Part shown: piece after piece, positions 1-13,805 of the stretch | Layout of the letters: each line of letters opens with the position of its first letter | Position numbering within the stretch: the stretch's first letter is position 1 | Assembly (NCBI RefSeq): GCF_009914755.1 | Contig: NC_060930.1 | DNA: 64,000 nt | Strand: one strand, 5' to 3' | Source: the human T2T-CHM13v2.0 reference genome, Homo sapiens | The notes under the pieces: generated by a model | The model's input: only the letters and a program-made list of their open reading frames with translations | The model's database searches: none | Told to the model about the DNA's origin: nothing | Translations under genes and position numbers: made by a program

Positions 1-153
1 TCATATAGTAAGTGCTCAAAATTAAAGTTTCTTTTCTTCTATACCTAGTAGGTATGTATAATAGATAAGAAAAGAGGTTAGAATTGTCAATATATCTTTT
101 ACTAAGGCTTCTAGCTACTTATCAGGGCCTAATAAGAAGAAAATGCTATTCTT

Positions 154-293
154 ATTTATTTATTTATTTATTTATTTGAGGTGGAGTCGCACTATGTTAC
201 CCAGGCTGGCCTCAAACTCCTGGGCTCAAGCAATCCTCCTGCCTCAGCCTTCTGAGCAGCTAGGATTAAAGGTGAGAGCCACTGCGCCCTGCT
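154..293 (-). mobile_element. FLAM-type Alu monomer with (TTTA)n tail
   Basis: Reverse Alu left-arm sequence; flanking direct repeat atgctattctt at 143-153 and 298-308. Confidence 0.88.
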
Positions 294-783
294 AAACATG
301 CTATTCTTACTGTAATAAGATCAAGGCCAAAATATAGTTTGCCTGTTGTATATTTTGCTCTAACCAGGTTCACAAATTTTATAACAAACTTGCTAATTAT
401 ATATAACTAACATATCTTTCAAACAAAAATTTGTGAGGATGTGTTAGTCAGTATCCCTTTAATGATTTTGGAACTAATTGAAACCAAAATCCTCTTGTTT
501 TCCACACACATCCCACAAGGAGATTGGGGCTTAAAGTTGTGTTAACAAACACAATCACACAATAAAGCTACTCCTTCCTTCCTGCCCTATCCTTATGTTA
601 TTAGACAACACGTCCAAGAACAGCTGTTCCTATAACTCACATAAACCTATTAACCCCCACTCACACCCTGTCTCCCAATTATTTGCACTTCCACAAGGTC
701 ATACAACTTACTCCAAAAGTTTGCTAATGTGCAAAGCCTGAGAGCTTACAAAGCACATCAGCATAACTCAGATAAATCTAGTA

Positions 784-1135
784 CACATGCTCCACGGTTT
801 ATGACATGGGGTTATGTTCCCACAAACCCATCATAAATGGAAAATACCATAAGTTGAAAATGCATTTAATACACCTAACCTACTGAACATCATACCTTAG
901 CCTAGCCTACCTTCAACGTGCGCAGAACACTTATATTAGCCTACAGTTGGGCAAAATCATCTTGCACAAACCTTATTTTATAATGAAGTGTTGAATATCT
1001 CATATAATTTATTGAAGACTGTACTGAAAGTGAAAAACAGAATCATTGTATGACAACTTGAAGTACAGTTTCTACTGCATGCATATCACTTTCGCACCAT
1101 TTAAAGCTGAAAAATTGTAAGTTGGGGAGTGTCTG
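784..1135 (+). mobile_element. MER47A-like TcMar-Tigger non-autonomous DNA transposon
   Basis: Ends CACATGCTCC... and ...GGGGAGTGTCTG form decayed TIRs with TA on both sides; internal cttagcctagcctacctt and gttgggcaaaatcatc match the recalled MER47 consensus. Confidence 0.85.
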
Positions 1136-1579
1136 TATGTCTTTTATTTCAAGCAAAGAATTAGGTATAAAGACCTCTAATCCCTCTTGGGGAAATTATT
1201 TATAAATCCCATAAACTTTGTTGATAGGCTAATTATTTGGAAAGTAACCTCTTTCAAAAGATTTGAAGTATCACACACACACACAAAATGTTGAAGTCAT
1301 CTGTGATGTTCTCAGTACTCACTAATAGGCACAGTGTACCATAAAATCACTTTCAATTCTGGGCCTGACATTGGAGGTCTTATTGCCTGAAATCACCAGG
1401 TCTTCCTCTCTCATGAATTCCACAAAACAGTTAATCAGTAACTGATGACCTACTAGTTGCCAGGTGCTGAGAGAATAGAGATGAACAAGACGAAAGTCTT
1501 GTCTTTAAATAGTTGCCAGCTAAGAACTCCAGGGCCTGTCCAAATGTTATTTAATTCAATTGTTTCTATATCCCTAGAA

Positions 1580-1720
1580 GGTGGGTATTATTATGCCCAT
1601 TTTACAGGTTAGAAAGTACAGTTTAGACCAGTTAAGTGACTTGTCCAAGGACACACACTTGGCAAAGGGTGGAGCCAGGGGTAGAAAAGAAGGTCTCCAA
1701 AGCTCATGCTCTTCAGCACT
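1580..1720 (+). mobile_element. MIR SINE fragment
   Basis: MIR core cccattttacagg...gttaagtgacttgtccaagg. Confidence 0.7.
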
Positions 1721-3014
1721 ACTTGGCGGGGATGGCAGGAGATGGTGAAGAAACCACAGAGTAGAACCAACACTGACTGGAGGAAGTCACCTGACCATTC
1801 ACGTGGGAAAGGAAGCCAGGCGGAAAGAAAGCAAGCTGCCCACCCAGGGGACCCCGGACTTTCCCAAAGTCGGCACCGAGTGTTCCTTTCTCACCAAAGG
1901 TCCCCTGCAAGCAGTTTCACAGCAAATGTTTTATACCAGATACAGCATATTATTGCTCCAGAATCCATCCAGGTCAATAACTACACCAGGTAATACCTAT
2001 ATAAGAAATTATATGCTAGACCACTCTGACACAGTATTCACTTCCTACAGCTGCCAGTACACAGTACAACAAACTGCTGAATAGGATGAAGTTCCAGCCC
2101 TCATGGGGTCAACGGATCAATCAGACCTAACCTAACACTTCAAGAGAGAAACAAACAGAAGACATGAACAAAAACAGAAATGCAAATGGCCAACGAAGAT
2201 ATAAAAGTATTTGGTAATCAAAATGCAAATTAAAACAAGATTTCTTTTTTTGTCTACCAAATTGGCAGAATTTTCAAATGTTGTGGTGTTGACAAGGGTG
2301 CAGAATATAGACCTGCTTGGTTTTTTTTGCCTCTGGGAGTGGGTTTCAACCAGCTTTCTTAAGGGTAAAGCCCAGACTGCTCCCAAATTTAGCCTGAGCA
2401 CATTTAAAATGCTACAATGCACATTCCTGGGCTCCACATGGAAGAGATTCTGAATCCATCAACCAGAAATGTAATCCAAGAAACTGCATCATTTAATTAT
2501 CACAGGGTATTCTAACACAGGTTTTCCTAGGACCATACTTGGGCACAGAGTGCCCTAGACCATGGGTAGGACTATGCCTTCAAGGTAGGGGCAAATGGTC
2601 CTATCTATGGCACTATGCATGGCCTGATCATTGAATGCAGGCTGCTTTCTTCAGTTAGATTTGATGACTTGATAGAAATATTTCAGCTATAAGACAAAAA
2701 AAGTATCAAGTTATACTTGCGACTGGTGGACTTGGATGCTGGGTCACACACAGTTCAGCTTTTATAATATTTATTCTCTTTGGCCCAGCAGTTCAACTTA
2801 AAAAAAAATTTATCCTAGGGACATAATCAAGTTTTATTCAAAACATTGGTAGGATTGCTGAAATTACTTAAGAGTTCTGAATAAATAAGAAGAGGCTGAA
2901 GCTACTCTTAATAACTTTTCCTTAAAATGCTGGCTATGGGTAAAGAACATGAAAGGAAAGAGCACTCCACTTTGTGTCCCACATATTCAGACTTTGTTTT
3001 GCAAATGTTTTCTG

Positions 3015-3028
3015 GTTACCAAGGCAAC
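3015..3028. promoter_or_regulatory. Candidate RFX X-box palindrome GTTACCAAGGCAAC
   Basis: 12/14 match to GTTGCCATGGCAAC and fits GTTRCC-NN-GGYAAC; lies in non-repetitive intron. Motif evidence only. Confidence 0.4.
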
Positions 3029-3592
3029 TTCTGGATTCCTCTGTGTAAATGGGAAATTGGGAACTTCGTTTTTTAAAAAAATGATTCGTTTGTTCTTTTT
3101 ATCCTGGTAAGATCGTTCTGTGCTGACAAATTGCATTCTGACAGGTTGTAATCCAAAACATGCTTTTTTAGAAGACTGTGAATAATAAGGAATTTCTAGT
3201 GGTTGACAGTTACTTGTCATTTATATTTTTATGTATTTGCTTTCATTGCTTTCAAGGTATAAACTAAGGTGCTAAATATTGGGTATACTTTTAAAATAAT
3301 TTAGAAATATATATATAACATGTCTACAACAATGGAAAGACTTACACTAAGCAGGCTGTCATTGTAACATGGTAATTATTATTACCAAAGAAAAGACAAA
3401 AGCAAGCACAGAAGCAACCAAAACCTATTAGACTTGGTTTTTTAAATAAAACAGGCTTTACATAGGAAAAATAAACAAATTAAACAAAAATTAATGCACA
3501 ACCAGCATTATTAGGATTAGCCTTCTTCAGGTTTCAGCTATTTATAATATTAAACACTCATCAGTAAGTAATAGGAAAAGACCTGGAATTCT

Positions 3593-3900
3593 GGCTGGGC
3601 GCGGTGGCTCACACCTGTAATTCCAGCATTTGGGAGGCTGAGGTGGTCAGGCCACTTGAGGCCAGGAGTTCCAGACCAGCCTGGCTAACATGGCGAAACC
3701 CTGTCTCTACCAAAAATGCAAAAGAATTAGCCAGGTGTGGTGGCGCATGACTGCAGTCCCAGCTACTTGGCAGGCTGAGGCACAAGAATGGCTTGAACCC
3801 GGGAGATGGAGGTTTCAGTGAGCCATCACACACACCATGGCACTCCAGCTTAGGCAACAGAGTGAGACTGTCTCAAAAAATAAAAAATTAAAAAGAAAAA
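3593..3900 (+). mobile_element. Full-length Alu (AluJ-like)
   Basis: Dimeric Alu with A-rich tail; TSD-like aaaagacctggaatt / aaaagacttggaatt. Confidence 0.93.
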
Positions 3901-4946
3901 TTTTAAAAAAGACTTGGAATTTTGTAAGGTGGTAAGACAGGTAAGTTTCACAAAGGAATTTCCTTAAAACTTTGCAAAACCCCAGCCTGAAACCATGTAG
4001 TTAAAGTTCATGCATAACTTTGAAAGAGCAAATGGCCAAGCTTTTAAGCTACTGGAGATCATGGTGGAACAGGTTAAGGGCCTTTCCATAACCCACTGAA
4101 GGTGAGGGAAAGTAATTGGCAAGGATGAGGCCTGTACTTCTCTAGGGATGGATCGCCTCCGAAAGAAAGTCAGTTAGCACTGAGGCGGCAACAGGCTCCT
4201 CTACTTGTTTTCCTTATAGAAGTTTATGAATCTATCTTTTCTCTTTTTCATAAGCATTGGTGGACAGGACCCATTTCTATTCTGTATCTCCTCGTTTGCT
4301 GTTTATTAAACTATATATGGAGGAACAGGATTTAGTGGAGCATGCTAAATCCTTTGTCATCATATGCCCAAATTCTTACTCAACCTTTATTCCTTAATCT
4401 TCGATTATTATGACAAATAAGAGCATCACAAAGATCAAATGGGCAAAATGTTGGAGTACTGAGCACAAATACAAATTTGTAAAGCAAAACAAAATATTCT
4501 GAGATTTAAAACTACGTGAATGTTGTTTCAAATAAAAGTAAAAATTTAAGCGACCTTAAATCCATATATATGGCACATAAACTCAACCTATATAAGTTAG
4601 CTAGTCTATTGAAAAGTATTGATGCAAAACTGGTAAACAACTGTGACAAAAACAAAAACTAAGGGCCCAAAATAATAACAGATATCAATACGATGCTTTC
4701 AGTATCTGAATTTGGTTTGCATTGGTCTATCTTGCGTCTAAGGCAGGGCATTCTAGAGGGCAGACATGGGGCTGAATAAAAGGTCCCTTGACGGAGATTT
4801 TTCTCGGACTACTTATGCTTTCAGCTTACTATGCCTACCTAATACTTGTTATCAGAGACAAGGTAAAATACAGAACTCTGGAAGGGTGGTTTAAAAAGAA
4901 AATGCCAGTGAAAACAGAAAGCTGTTCATTTGGGGAACTGTTCCCA

Positions 4947-4969
4947 CACCACCACCACCACCACCACCA
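4947..4969 (+). repeat. (CAC)n trinucleotide microsatellite
   Basis: caccaccaccaccaccaccacca; explains the poly-His in spurious ORF 4788..4994. Confidence 0.9.
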
Positions 4970-5091
4970 TCCCATTCCCTTCACCACAGTGTAGCTGGAT
5001 GAGAGCTTCATAACCCTCCATCTGCAATCAGAAACCAGTTACAATTTGGGCCCCTGACCAAGCTGGGTCAATCCTAGCTCCTATATAGAAT

Positions 5092-5192
5092 TCTCAGATA
5101 AAATAGGAACTCAGTTAAATTTGAATGTCAGATTAACAATGAATAATTTTAAATATAAGCATGTTCCAAATATTGCACTGAGATATACACAC
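5092..5192. mobile_element. MER53-like hAT MITE, about half a copy
   Basis: cagataaaata..cagttaaatttgaat.tcaga..aacaatgaataatttt...ccaaatattgca resembles one arm of MER53. Confidence 0.6.
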
Positions 5193-5504
5193 TATAGTGG
5201 TGTTACCAGATATGCCAACAATAGCTGCAAATGCATAGAATACTCCCTATGTTCAATGCATTGTTCTAAGTACTTTATACATATTAACCCACTAACTAAA
5301 TGAAAACATATGGATATGTAAACACATGCCAACATATGGATGATTTCAGGTTAGGAAAAATGGACTGAGTATTTTTAAATTTTAGAAAATATGCAAAACT
5401 TCCTACAATTAAGACATGTAATACATTGTCATTAATGTACAAACCAATTTGTATACAACTTAGAATATAAAAATAAAAACTTAAAGGTAGATACACTAAA
5501 GTAG

Positions 5505-5670
5505 AAAAAGCAGTGGATTGAGAATCCAGGGGTCTAGATTTCTGTTCCTGCTCATTAGCTAGCTGGGTGACCTTGGGAAAGTCTCCTCACTTATCTAGAT
5601 CTGGGTTTCTTTATCTGCATGTGAGGTTTGGACGAGATTATTTTTAAGGTCATTGTTGGCCCTAAACTTC
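5505..5670 (-). mobile_element. MIR SINE fragment
   Basis: agctgggtgaccttgggaaagtc...ctgggtttctttatctg. Confidence 0.65.
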
Positions 5671-5757
5671 TATTATATCTTTTTTTTTTTCTGCCTTGGC
5701 TTCAGATACTGTATCTTATAATGTTGAAGAAACAGCTTGCAGAGAGAAGTTTATTAC

Positions 5758-5887
5758 CTCTGCAATCATTCGGTTGGTGTCTCCTAAAAAAAGCAAATTC
5801 AGAGCTTCTTCCTCTGTGGTTGCCTGATGGAGAGTCAAGTTTTTCAGGTGAATGTTCTGATCAGGATCCTCCAGTATTGTCACTTTC
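5758..5887 (-). CDS. KIF6: KIF6 coding exon (probably exon 6), 130 bp
   Basis: The first G completes CC|G (Pro), then KVTILEDPDQNIHLKNLTLHQATTEEEALNLLFLGDTNRMIAE, the helix before switch I. Acceptor tttgcttAG; donor GAG|GTAATA. Confidence 0.96.
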
Positions 5888-7595
5888 CTAAGCAAATGGG
5901 AAGCAAGAAAACAAGGTACTGCTGAGAATGAAAAGAACTTGAAGTCTTCCCTACAGGCTTTTAAAAAGCTGTATAGTATGACGTCTTGAACTTATAAAAG
6001 CAAATAACACACAAGATACCAGACAGCACTGGATTAGAATCAAACACTGACATTCCCTTCACAGTACTATCAAATAGCTTTGAGACTGAAAAATATATTA
6101 CAAGCTCCTGATTTAAAGCCACCTGTCATTGTAATAATCAGATCGCTAAATCATCTTAGAATGCATATTCTTTCTGAATTAAAAATACAGATAATAATTT
6201 TCTATCTGCATATCAGGAAACTAGGCCATATTTTTTCTGTGTCATGATTCAGTTTCTTACATAGGCAGTGAACTCATTCCTTTGTTCAATTTCATATCAC
6301 TTTCAATTTACATGACATTTCAAACTGGTTCACTTACCAACTTAAACGTGATGAAAATTGAGGCATCTGTCATCCTTCTAGGAGTTATTCCCCTATTGAG
6401 TTTTCTCATCAAGGTGAATAAAAAATTTTCAAGTCTTATAATAAAGATTTAGCTTGCCATTATTATTTTAATGCCTCTCAAATCCATTTCTTGATCCTTT
6501 TTCATTTACAACATACCTTTCCTTCCATTACATCCTTTTAGTCAGAGCCTTAGATCTGGAATTACATTCCTCTATTACAACTACCTTAATGGGCATCCTG
6601 ATGCCAACACCGTTTCCTCCCAGGTGAATCCTAACCCTGTTTCCAGAGTTGGCTTGTCAATACTCTCCCTAAAGTCCTTTCAGGACTTTCTGCAGTGGAA
6701 CAAAATTTGGCTAAACTCCTCATACTCTGCTTCACAGGCCTACAGATTTGAGTCATAAAGTTACTAAAGAGAGTTCCTTTCTACCTCTTAAATTTTGCCT
6801 TCTTGATTTTCTTAAGAATTGTTAAGGAAAGGAAATCTTATTATTCACAAGTATTGCCAAAGAGTATCTCAGGTATCTTCACTCGTTTAAAACATTTGGA
6901 ATTGTTGACACTAAGTAAATGTTGGCATCATCCAGCACTACTTTTCCTTTAAAAGAAAAACTAGCAGATGGACATGTGTAATTTTCTTTTTTATAAAAAC
7001 TTATTAAGAATATCTTAAAAATGAAGATTTTGCAAGTATCATAATTTTTTTCATCTTTCCCTTTTGTAAGAAAGTTATCTGGACTTTCATATGTAATTTG
7101 TGAGCACTTAAAATCCTAATGGCAGGAAGAAAATGTAGCTCTACCAGCACATCTGTGACCAATATGTCACTAATAATGTCCTCCTTTGCCAAGTTTTAGA
7201 CTCTTTTTTGTTTCCTTCAACAATACCAGCAAAAATGGAAAAAGATCTTTTCTCTTAATGAAAACAAGTGTAATTTATTTATTTTTCAACAAGACTCTTA
7301 AGTGAGCTTATTAAAAATGCTTGGAAAAGAGAAAGGCATTTGAATTGAATTGAATTGAAATGGATGAGTTGTATTCTATTTTTAAAAACTCCCTTTATTC
7401 CTTAAACTTTATTTCCACCCTGATTTTTCTGAAGTGCTCAAGAAGGTTTGGCTAAATTAAATCCCTAGAGACACGGAAGTAATGATTCTTCCTAAACCGA
7501 CAGATTCTGGGGCTTATAGGTGAGAGAAGTTAAGTAATATTGGAAGATAAAGTAACAAAATAAATAATGAGATGGTATATTAAAAGTGAGAAAAG

Positions 7596-7780
7596 GGCTA
7601 GGTGCAGTGGCTCAAGCTTGTAATCCCAGCACTTTGGACACTGAGGTGGGAGGATGGCTTGAGCCCAGGCATTCAAGGCTGCAGTGAGCTATGATTGTAC
7701 CACTGTCCTCCAGTCTGGGAGACGGAGCGAGGCCTTTTCTAAAAAAAAAAAAATAACTACATAAAATAAAAACAGAGAGA
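7596..7780 (+). mobile_element. Alu monomer (FRAM/FAM-like)
   Basis: Single arm with right-arm ending (gcagtgagctatgatt...ccagtctggg) and A tail; gagaaaag on both flanks. Confidence 0.82.
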
Positions 7781-8094
7781 GAGAAAAGAAGAGAGTTCTG
7801 CCTTTGTCAGCATGAAGTCAAAAACGAATTATCTAACTCTAAGGCAAAGTCACCTATGATACACTTTGAAAGACCAAGACAGATACAATACTATTCTTGT
7901 GCAAGTTTGGAAAAGGGAGAGATGGGGTAGCAGCAAACAATTCAAAGGTGGTGCATACACTCATTGGGCACTAAATGTACGTCAGGCACTTGCCTTATTT
8001 CATTTAATCCAGGTGTTCCCAAAAGGAACTATCTGTGGATACACACACCCACCCCCACCCACCCCACTCTCCCCAGACCCCCATACACAGCACT

Positions 8095-8212
8095 GCTGCT
8101 TAGGTCCCATCCTAAGAGATTCTGATTTGATTGGTCCAGGGTATGGTCTGGGTATTAGAATTTGTAAAAGTCCCAGGTGATTCTAGTGTGCAGCCAAGGG
8201 TGAGAGCCACTG
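8095..8212. mobile_element. MER5-type hAT-Charlie fragment
   Basis: agagattctgatttgattggt...ccaggtgattctagtgtgcagccaaggg.gagagccactg. Confidence 0.7.
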
Positions 8213-10914
8213 ACTTCATTTTTAATATCCCTTCTAGTAGACACATGGAGAGGAGGTTTCTGATTTTTTATCTTTACTTTCCATCCTGTTCCACTTCATG
8301 CCCAAAGGGTAAAATTACTAATTTTCTTGGTTGTAAAACACCTGAAGACACTGATGAGTCATATCTACTAATAGGCAAGGTCACTGAAAATTTTAAAAAG
8401 ACTGTCTTTCCAGGGCAAGTTTCTTTTCTACCTCCCTGACCATGCAGTTGGTGGGTATACTAAGCCACACAACATTAACCACACAATAACTAACGCTCAA
8501 CTGGGGATTATGGGTCTCCCTAAACATCCATAGGGTTTATATAATTACTGAATCAAAAAATGTAAGTAATAGTAAGGACACCTAATACCTATATCTCTCA
8601 CCATTACTTCACTGAAACAGGAAATGCAGAGAACAAGCAAGTATGGAATTCTAAGCATGCTCATTTATTAGAAAACCTTATATGGGTCACTGATTTGCGA
8701 TTATATTTATATAGAATAATTACATGCATAAGGTAAAAAGTGTTAAATGTCATCAGTGATATTTGGCTAAGCTACTTTTTTCTTCTAAATCACCCAGAGC
8801 CTTTGATCTCCAATGTAGCTACTTCAGAACTATTACACTTCTACATTTACTTCCAGGTGCTTGTCCAGCTTTGTCACAAAATACACTTTGTACATGCCCT
8901 TGGCGTTTCTTCATAGAACTCTCGGCTATCTTTTGTAACACATCCCTGTGCGTTAATATCATGTGTTCCTCACTTTTTTCTGATTTCTTGACCATGGAGG
9001 TTTTGAAAAGTAAATACAAAGGCAGGTTAGAGTTTTCTTTCATGGGCTTCCCCCTGCTTAGGGCTCATTTGTGGGCACGCTATAAAAGGGTCCACTTCTG
9101 GCATCCTTCTGGAATCTTTGAAACACAATCTTCCCTCACCAATCAGGGTCTCTTCTTGCCAGTTTTCAGATTCTTTTCTGATTTCTGCCCAATCCCTTGG
9201 GCATGATGCTTTGGACTTTCCCATACTGCCCCGCCTGCCTCCCACTGAAAATCCTTTTTGCACTAAGTCTTGCAGCCAGTGCGTCAGCCCCACCTATGTT
9301 CATGCCTTTGCTCATAGAAGCCCAGCCTGAGCCATGCCCTGGGCACTACGTCTATTGCCTGGGAGAGGTAGTTGCAGAATGAGAGTGTTTTAAATTCTAC
9401 TGCCAGTGAAATGGTTTTTCAAAGTTGAAGGAAATAAGGACCATTACAAAAAGTTTCTCATCAAGTTCCTTCCTTTCCTGGCCCTTTCTTTCCCTCTGTC
9501 CCTCACAAATCAATAGCTATTTCCTGAATCCTTAATCTACCACTTGGTTCTGACTGTAATTTTCATGGGCTTGAAAGAGGGCTTTATTAGAGTTTCTTAA
9601 ATAAACATTCTAATTCCAAGATGGAAACCCCCAAACTATTTATTTGATCTTTTTTAACAGGCCTGTGAACAGCTTTCCCTACAAAATGTTTCTAAAATAT
9701 TTAGATTTCAAGAAAAGTCACTGATAGCCTTAACTTGGATACCTAAGTGGAAAAGTTCTGCTAAGTGTACTCAGCCTGCTTAATGATGGGGAAGAAGCAA
9801 GCTTTGTGTTTTCTCTGTAAACAGAGAATCTTTTCCATTTGGCTAAGTAGTTGGAATTTGTAGACTCTTTTTAACTGACTGAAGCACATATAAAGAGCAA
9901 TAGGCAGGCTCTTGTTCTCAATAATGGAAGCTATCAATGAAAGAATCCTCCACCCCACACCCTACCTCCACATTTCAGTACCATCAACTTGCTGAAAAGG
10001 AACTTCCCAGCCATTACTGCAAGGAACATGGTTTCTAACGTTCATGTTATATATAAGTGTTGCCATGGTGATTTCTATTTTTTATCTATTTGCAAATGTC
10101 CCCTATGATGGTATAGGTCATGCACTATGCAATGGCGCCATGTCTGAGGGGGTGCTATTCACATCATGGGTTTGTATAGTTATCACGACAAGTGTCTGTC
10201 ATAAGGCAATGAAGAGCCTCCTAACAAAATCAGCATACTGCAACAATTTTCCAATAGATGGCAGAGGTGCCTTTTAATAAGTGACATAAAGGTGACTTGA
10301 GGTCATACAGACTAGAGGCCATTCCGTCTAGACACCCTGACCTAGAGCAATGTCAAGAGCAGGTGGGCCTCATGACAATGGGTGGGGGTGCACCAGGCTC
10401 TTCTAAATAACTAGATATGTTTCACATGTTGTAAACATAGTCCCAACACAAGTCACTTAAATAAAGAGAACATTCACTTGTTTGTCAGTTCTCAATATCC
10501 TTTTTGTTTCTCCCCAACACATTTTCTCAGAAGCTCTTTATGGTGAAGGTTTAGGGAAAAGCAGAGATGTAAAGTTTTAGGAAAAGTATGTAAGGTGACC
10601 CCTCCTTTCTGCATTTAAACAATTTCAAAGGTAGATTTTCTTAGATTGATTACAACTTTCTAAAAGGTTTCTTTGGTTATAAAATATAAATACTTGAAAT
10701 ATGTTTCTTGGGAAAGATTCATGAACCTGCAATATATTTTTGTGTTAGTGTTGACCTAGACAAAATGGGCTAAAAGCAATGGACGTTTTGTCCATTACTG
10801 AGATATTTCAAAAGCTCTTTCTAGTAGCTTGAAAACCGTATCTTTTCTTTGTAGTTTTATCTAACATCATATCTTTTCACTGACAATGAAGAATATAGCT
10901 GATCACATGACATT

Positions 10915-11631
10915 CGTAAACTAAAAATAAAATCCTAAGCCCCTCATCCAACTGAATGGACCCCCTATTGGCCACGGGGACCCCAGAAAACCTGACAAAC
11001 TGAATTCCCAGCCATGATAGGAAAGAAGGTTGGACACGCTTCGTTATGCGCCCTCCCTTTTGGAGTTTCGGCACAACTGACTAGCATTAATATTAAAACA
11101 GAGATCATAAGACTCACAGAACAAACTTTTTGTGGCAATAAGACACCAAATTATAAACAAGACCCAAGGCCATGCCAGACTAGTGTTAAGTCACACCCTA
11201 CAAATCACAAAATCTAATTAAAAGGTTTTTAAAAATTAATCCAATATAATGTGGCTTGTTTTCCAACCTGACTGTGATGTAGCATCACAGCACAGATAAC
11301 AGACGTCCCCAGTCTCAACTTAAGCATTCCTTTGTACTGACTTCAAGTCATTAGACAAAGCTTAACTCTTTCAACCAATTGCCAACCAAAGAATCCCTAA
11401 AACCCAACTCTGACTTCTAAGTCCCTCCTTTGAGACGGTCTACCTTTTCAAACTGAACCAATGTATGCCTTTCATCTGTTGATTTATGATTTTATAATTC
11501 CTGTCTTTCTGAAATGCACAAAACCAATCTGTAACCAGATTGCTCAAAATAAACCTCTTTTTATTTTATTCTTATTGGCTCAAAATAAATCTCTTTAAAA
11601 TATTTTACAGAGTTTCCTTTTTCTGTTAACA
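10915..11631 (+). mobile_element. Solo LTR, MER4 family (ERV1; MER4E-like)
   Basis: Starts (T/C)GTAAACTAAAAATAAAATCCTAAGCCCC and ends aaaataaatctctttaaaatattttacagagttt...gttaaca; 4-bp TSD-like catt/cgtt. Confidence 0.85.
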
Positions 11632-13313
11632 CGTTTTAGAAACTAAGTTAGTTAATATAATCTGCAACCTACAACACCAAGTTCTAACTTTTATAAAAGT
11701 GAAAACACTAACAAATAAAATACTTTATCAGAAGAAGTCCAAACTCAGCACTGCAAAATATTCTGAGTAATTCTTGTGATAAATTTTTCTTTTGCTATCC
11801 ATATGAATTTCTTTTATTTCAAACTGGCAAATATCTCCTCTAAATATTATCATTTTTATTTCTAATTTACCTTTATTGCTAAATAATAATGTTAATAGAC
11901 TTGGACTCTTGTAAGTCTGAATTCCCAAAGATCTTAACCAACCTCCTAAGGTTATCCTGCTACCATAAGCCTGCCATTTCAGAAGTGCTGGCAATCTGTA
12001 AATGATTTATTCCCTGTCTGAAGAGGAACAGAATTGAAATAACCAATGGATAAAGTCATTTAATGTAATGTAACCAACAGGGTTCAAGGATGCATAGTGA
12101 CAATGAGGAACCAGCTGCACACTCTCCAGAAGTGTCTGCTGCTTACTGTGCTCGTATGCTTCAATATGCCATGAAAATGAACGTCACCAAAGGGACTCAG
12201 GACATAACTGGAAGCTGTTGGCCACTGCTATGGACATGTGAAGCCCAAACAAGAATGATCTATGATCAGCAAAGATAGAACCATACTAGGTGCAATTAAT
12301 GTGTAGGAGAACCAACGCTTTCTCAGGGGTGATTGCACTCATTTATTTATTAGTCACTATAATTTAATCATTTCACTAAGATTGAGCATAAATACGAAAC
12401 ATTATGTTATTTCCATTGTCTTTTTTCAAAATAATACCCAAATATAATAAAGTTTTAGATTGCTAATAACTTGATAAGAATATCTTTCTGTATTATGTTA
12501 ATCTAACCAAACTATTCCATGCCCTAACAATATCACTTCACAACCATCAATGGCGCCCAAATCTACTGTATTGAAACATGGTTTATCATACACTTATCTA
12601 TTGCCCGCCAGACATCATCATTTGCATGCTTTTCCAAAAGTGAATATTTTAGATAATCAAAAAACTGTGCTTGTTACGCTAGTATTCCTTGCTAATTTCT
12701 AAAAACATTCAGCCATATCATGTTCCTTCTGATGCTCCAGGCTTACAAATAACCCACCACTTAATGAAATGTCTTGTTTGGCCTAATTCCATATAGTAAT
12801 TATACAGCCGTGCACTAAAATTTGTTTTCTTTAGAGCTACCAACTTTTTTTCAAAGGAAGTTTTCTCCCATTTTTACTAATACTTGCTTTCTTATTCAGA
12901 TTTTATAGTGGTAGTACCACAAATTATGTACTCAAGTTTTCCACATTTGGGAAACCTATAAGAATAGATACATCTAGAGGCAATGGATTTGTAATTCTGG
13001 AAAACCATAGCATTTCCTCTGCCAGGTAAATAGCTTTATACACCTCTTAGTTTATGATACTACATTTTAAAAGTTCTGAATTTATTTACTTTTATTTTCA
13101 TTTTAACATTCAGTTTATTATTTTTCCAACTATAAGCATAATACATGCTTCTTGTGAAAAAGTATGAAAGTAGAAAGAACCAAGAAAGCAGAGCCTCATC
13201 ACAAGGACAATGTGGTATGTTAATATATTGCCTTAATTTTCTTACACACACTTTGCAGATTTGTCATAAAATTATAAATGTATGCATGTTACTCTCTTTT
13301 GATCACCCCTTAA

Positions 13314-13646
<333 letters not shown>

Positions 13647-13760
13647 TAATAGTTACACAATATTTTAGGGTTAGGATGTATTAATGAAATATTTTAACCA
13701 TTCCTTTATGAGAATTTGTTGTTTCCAATTTAAAGCTGTTTTAAATAACACCGTAAGATA

Positions 13761-13761
<1 letters not shown>

Positions 13762-13805
<44 letters not shown>

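Noticed and set aside
8763-9382. Cluster of overlapping ORFs as a hidden exon or retrogene
   Set aside because: No recognisable protein motif, no poly(A)/TSD, and the candidate minus-strand acceptor at ~9295 lacks a pyrimidine tract.
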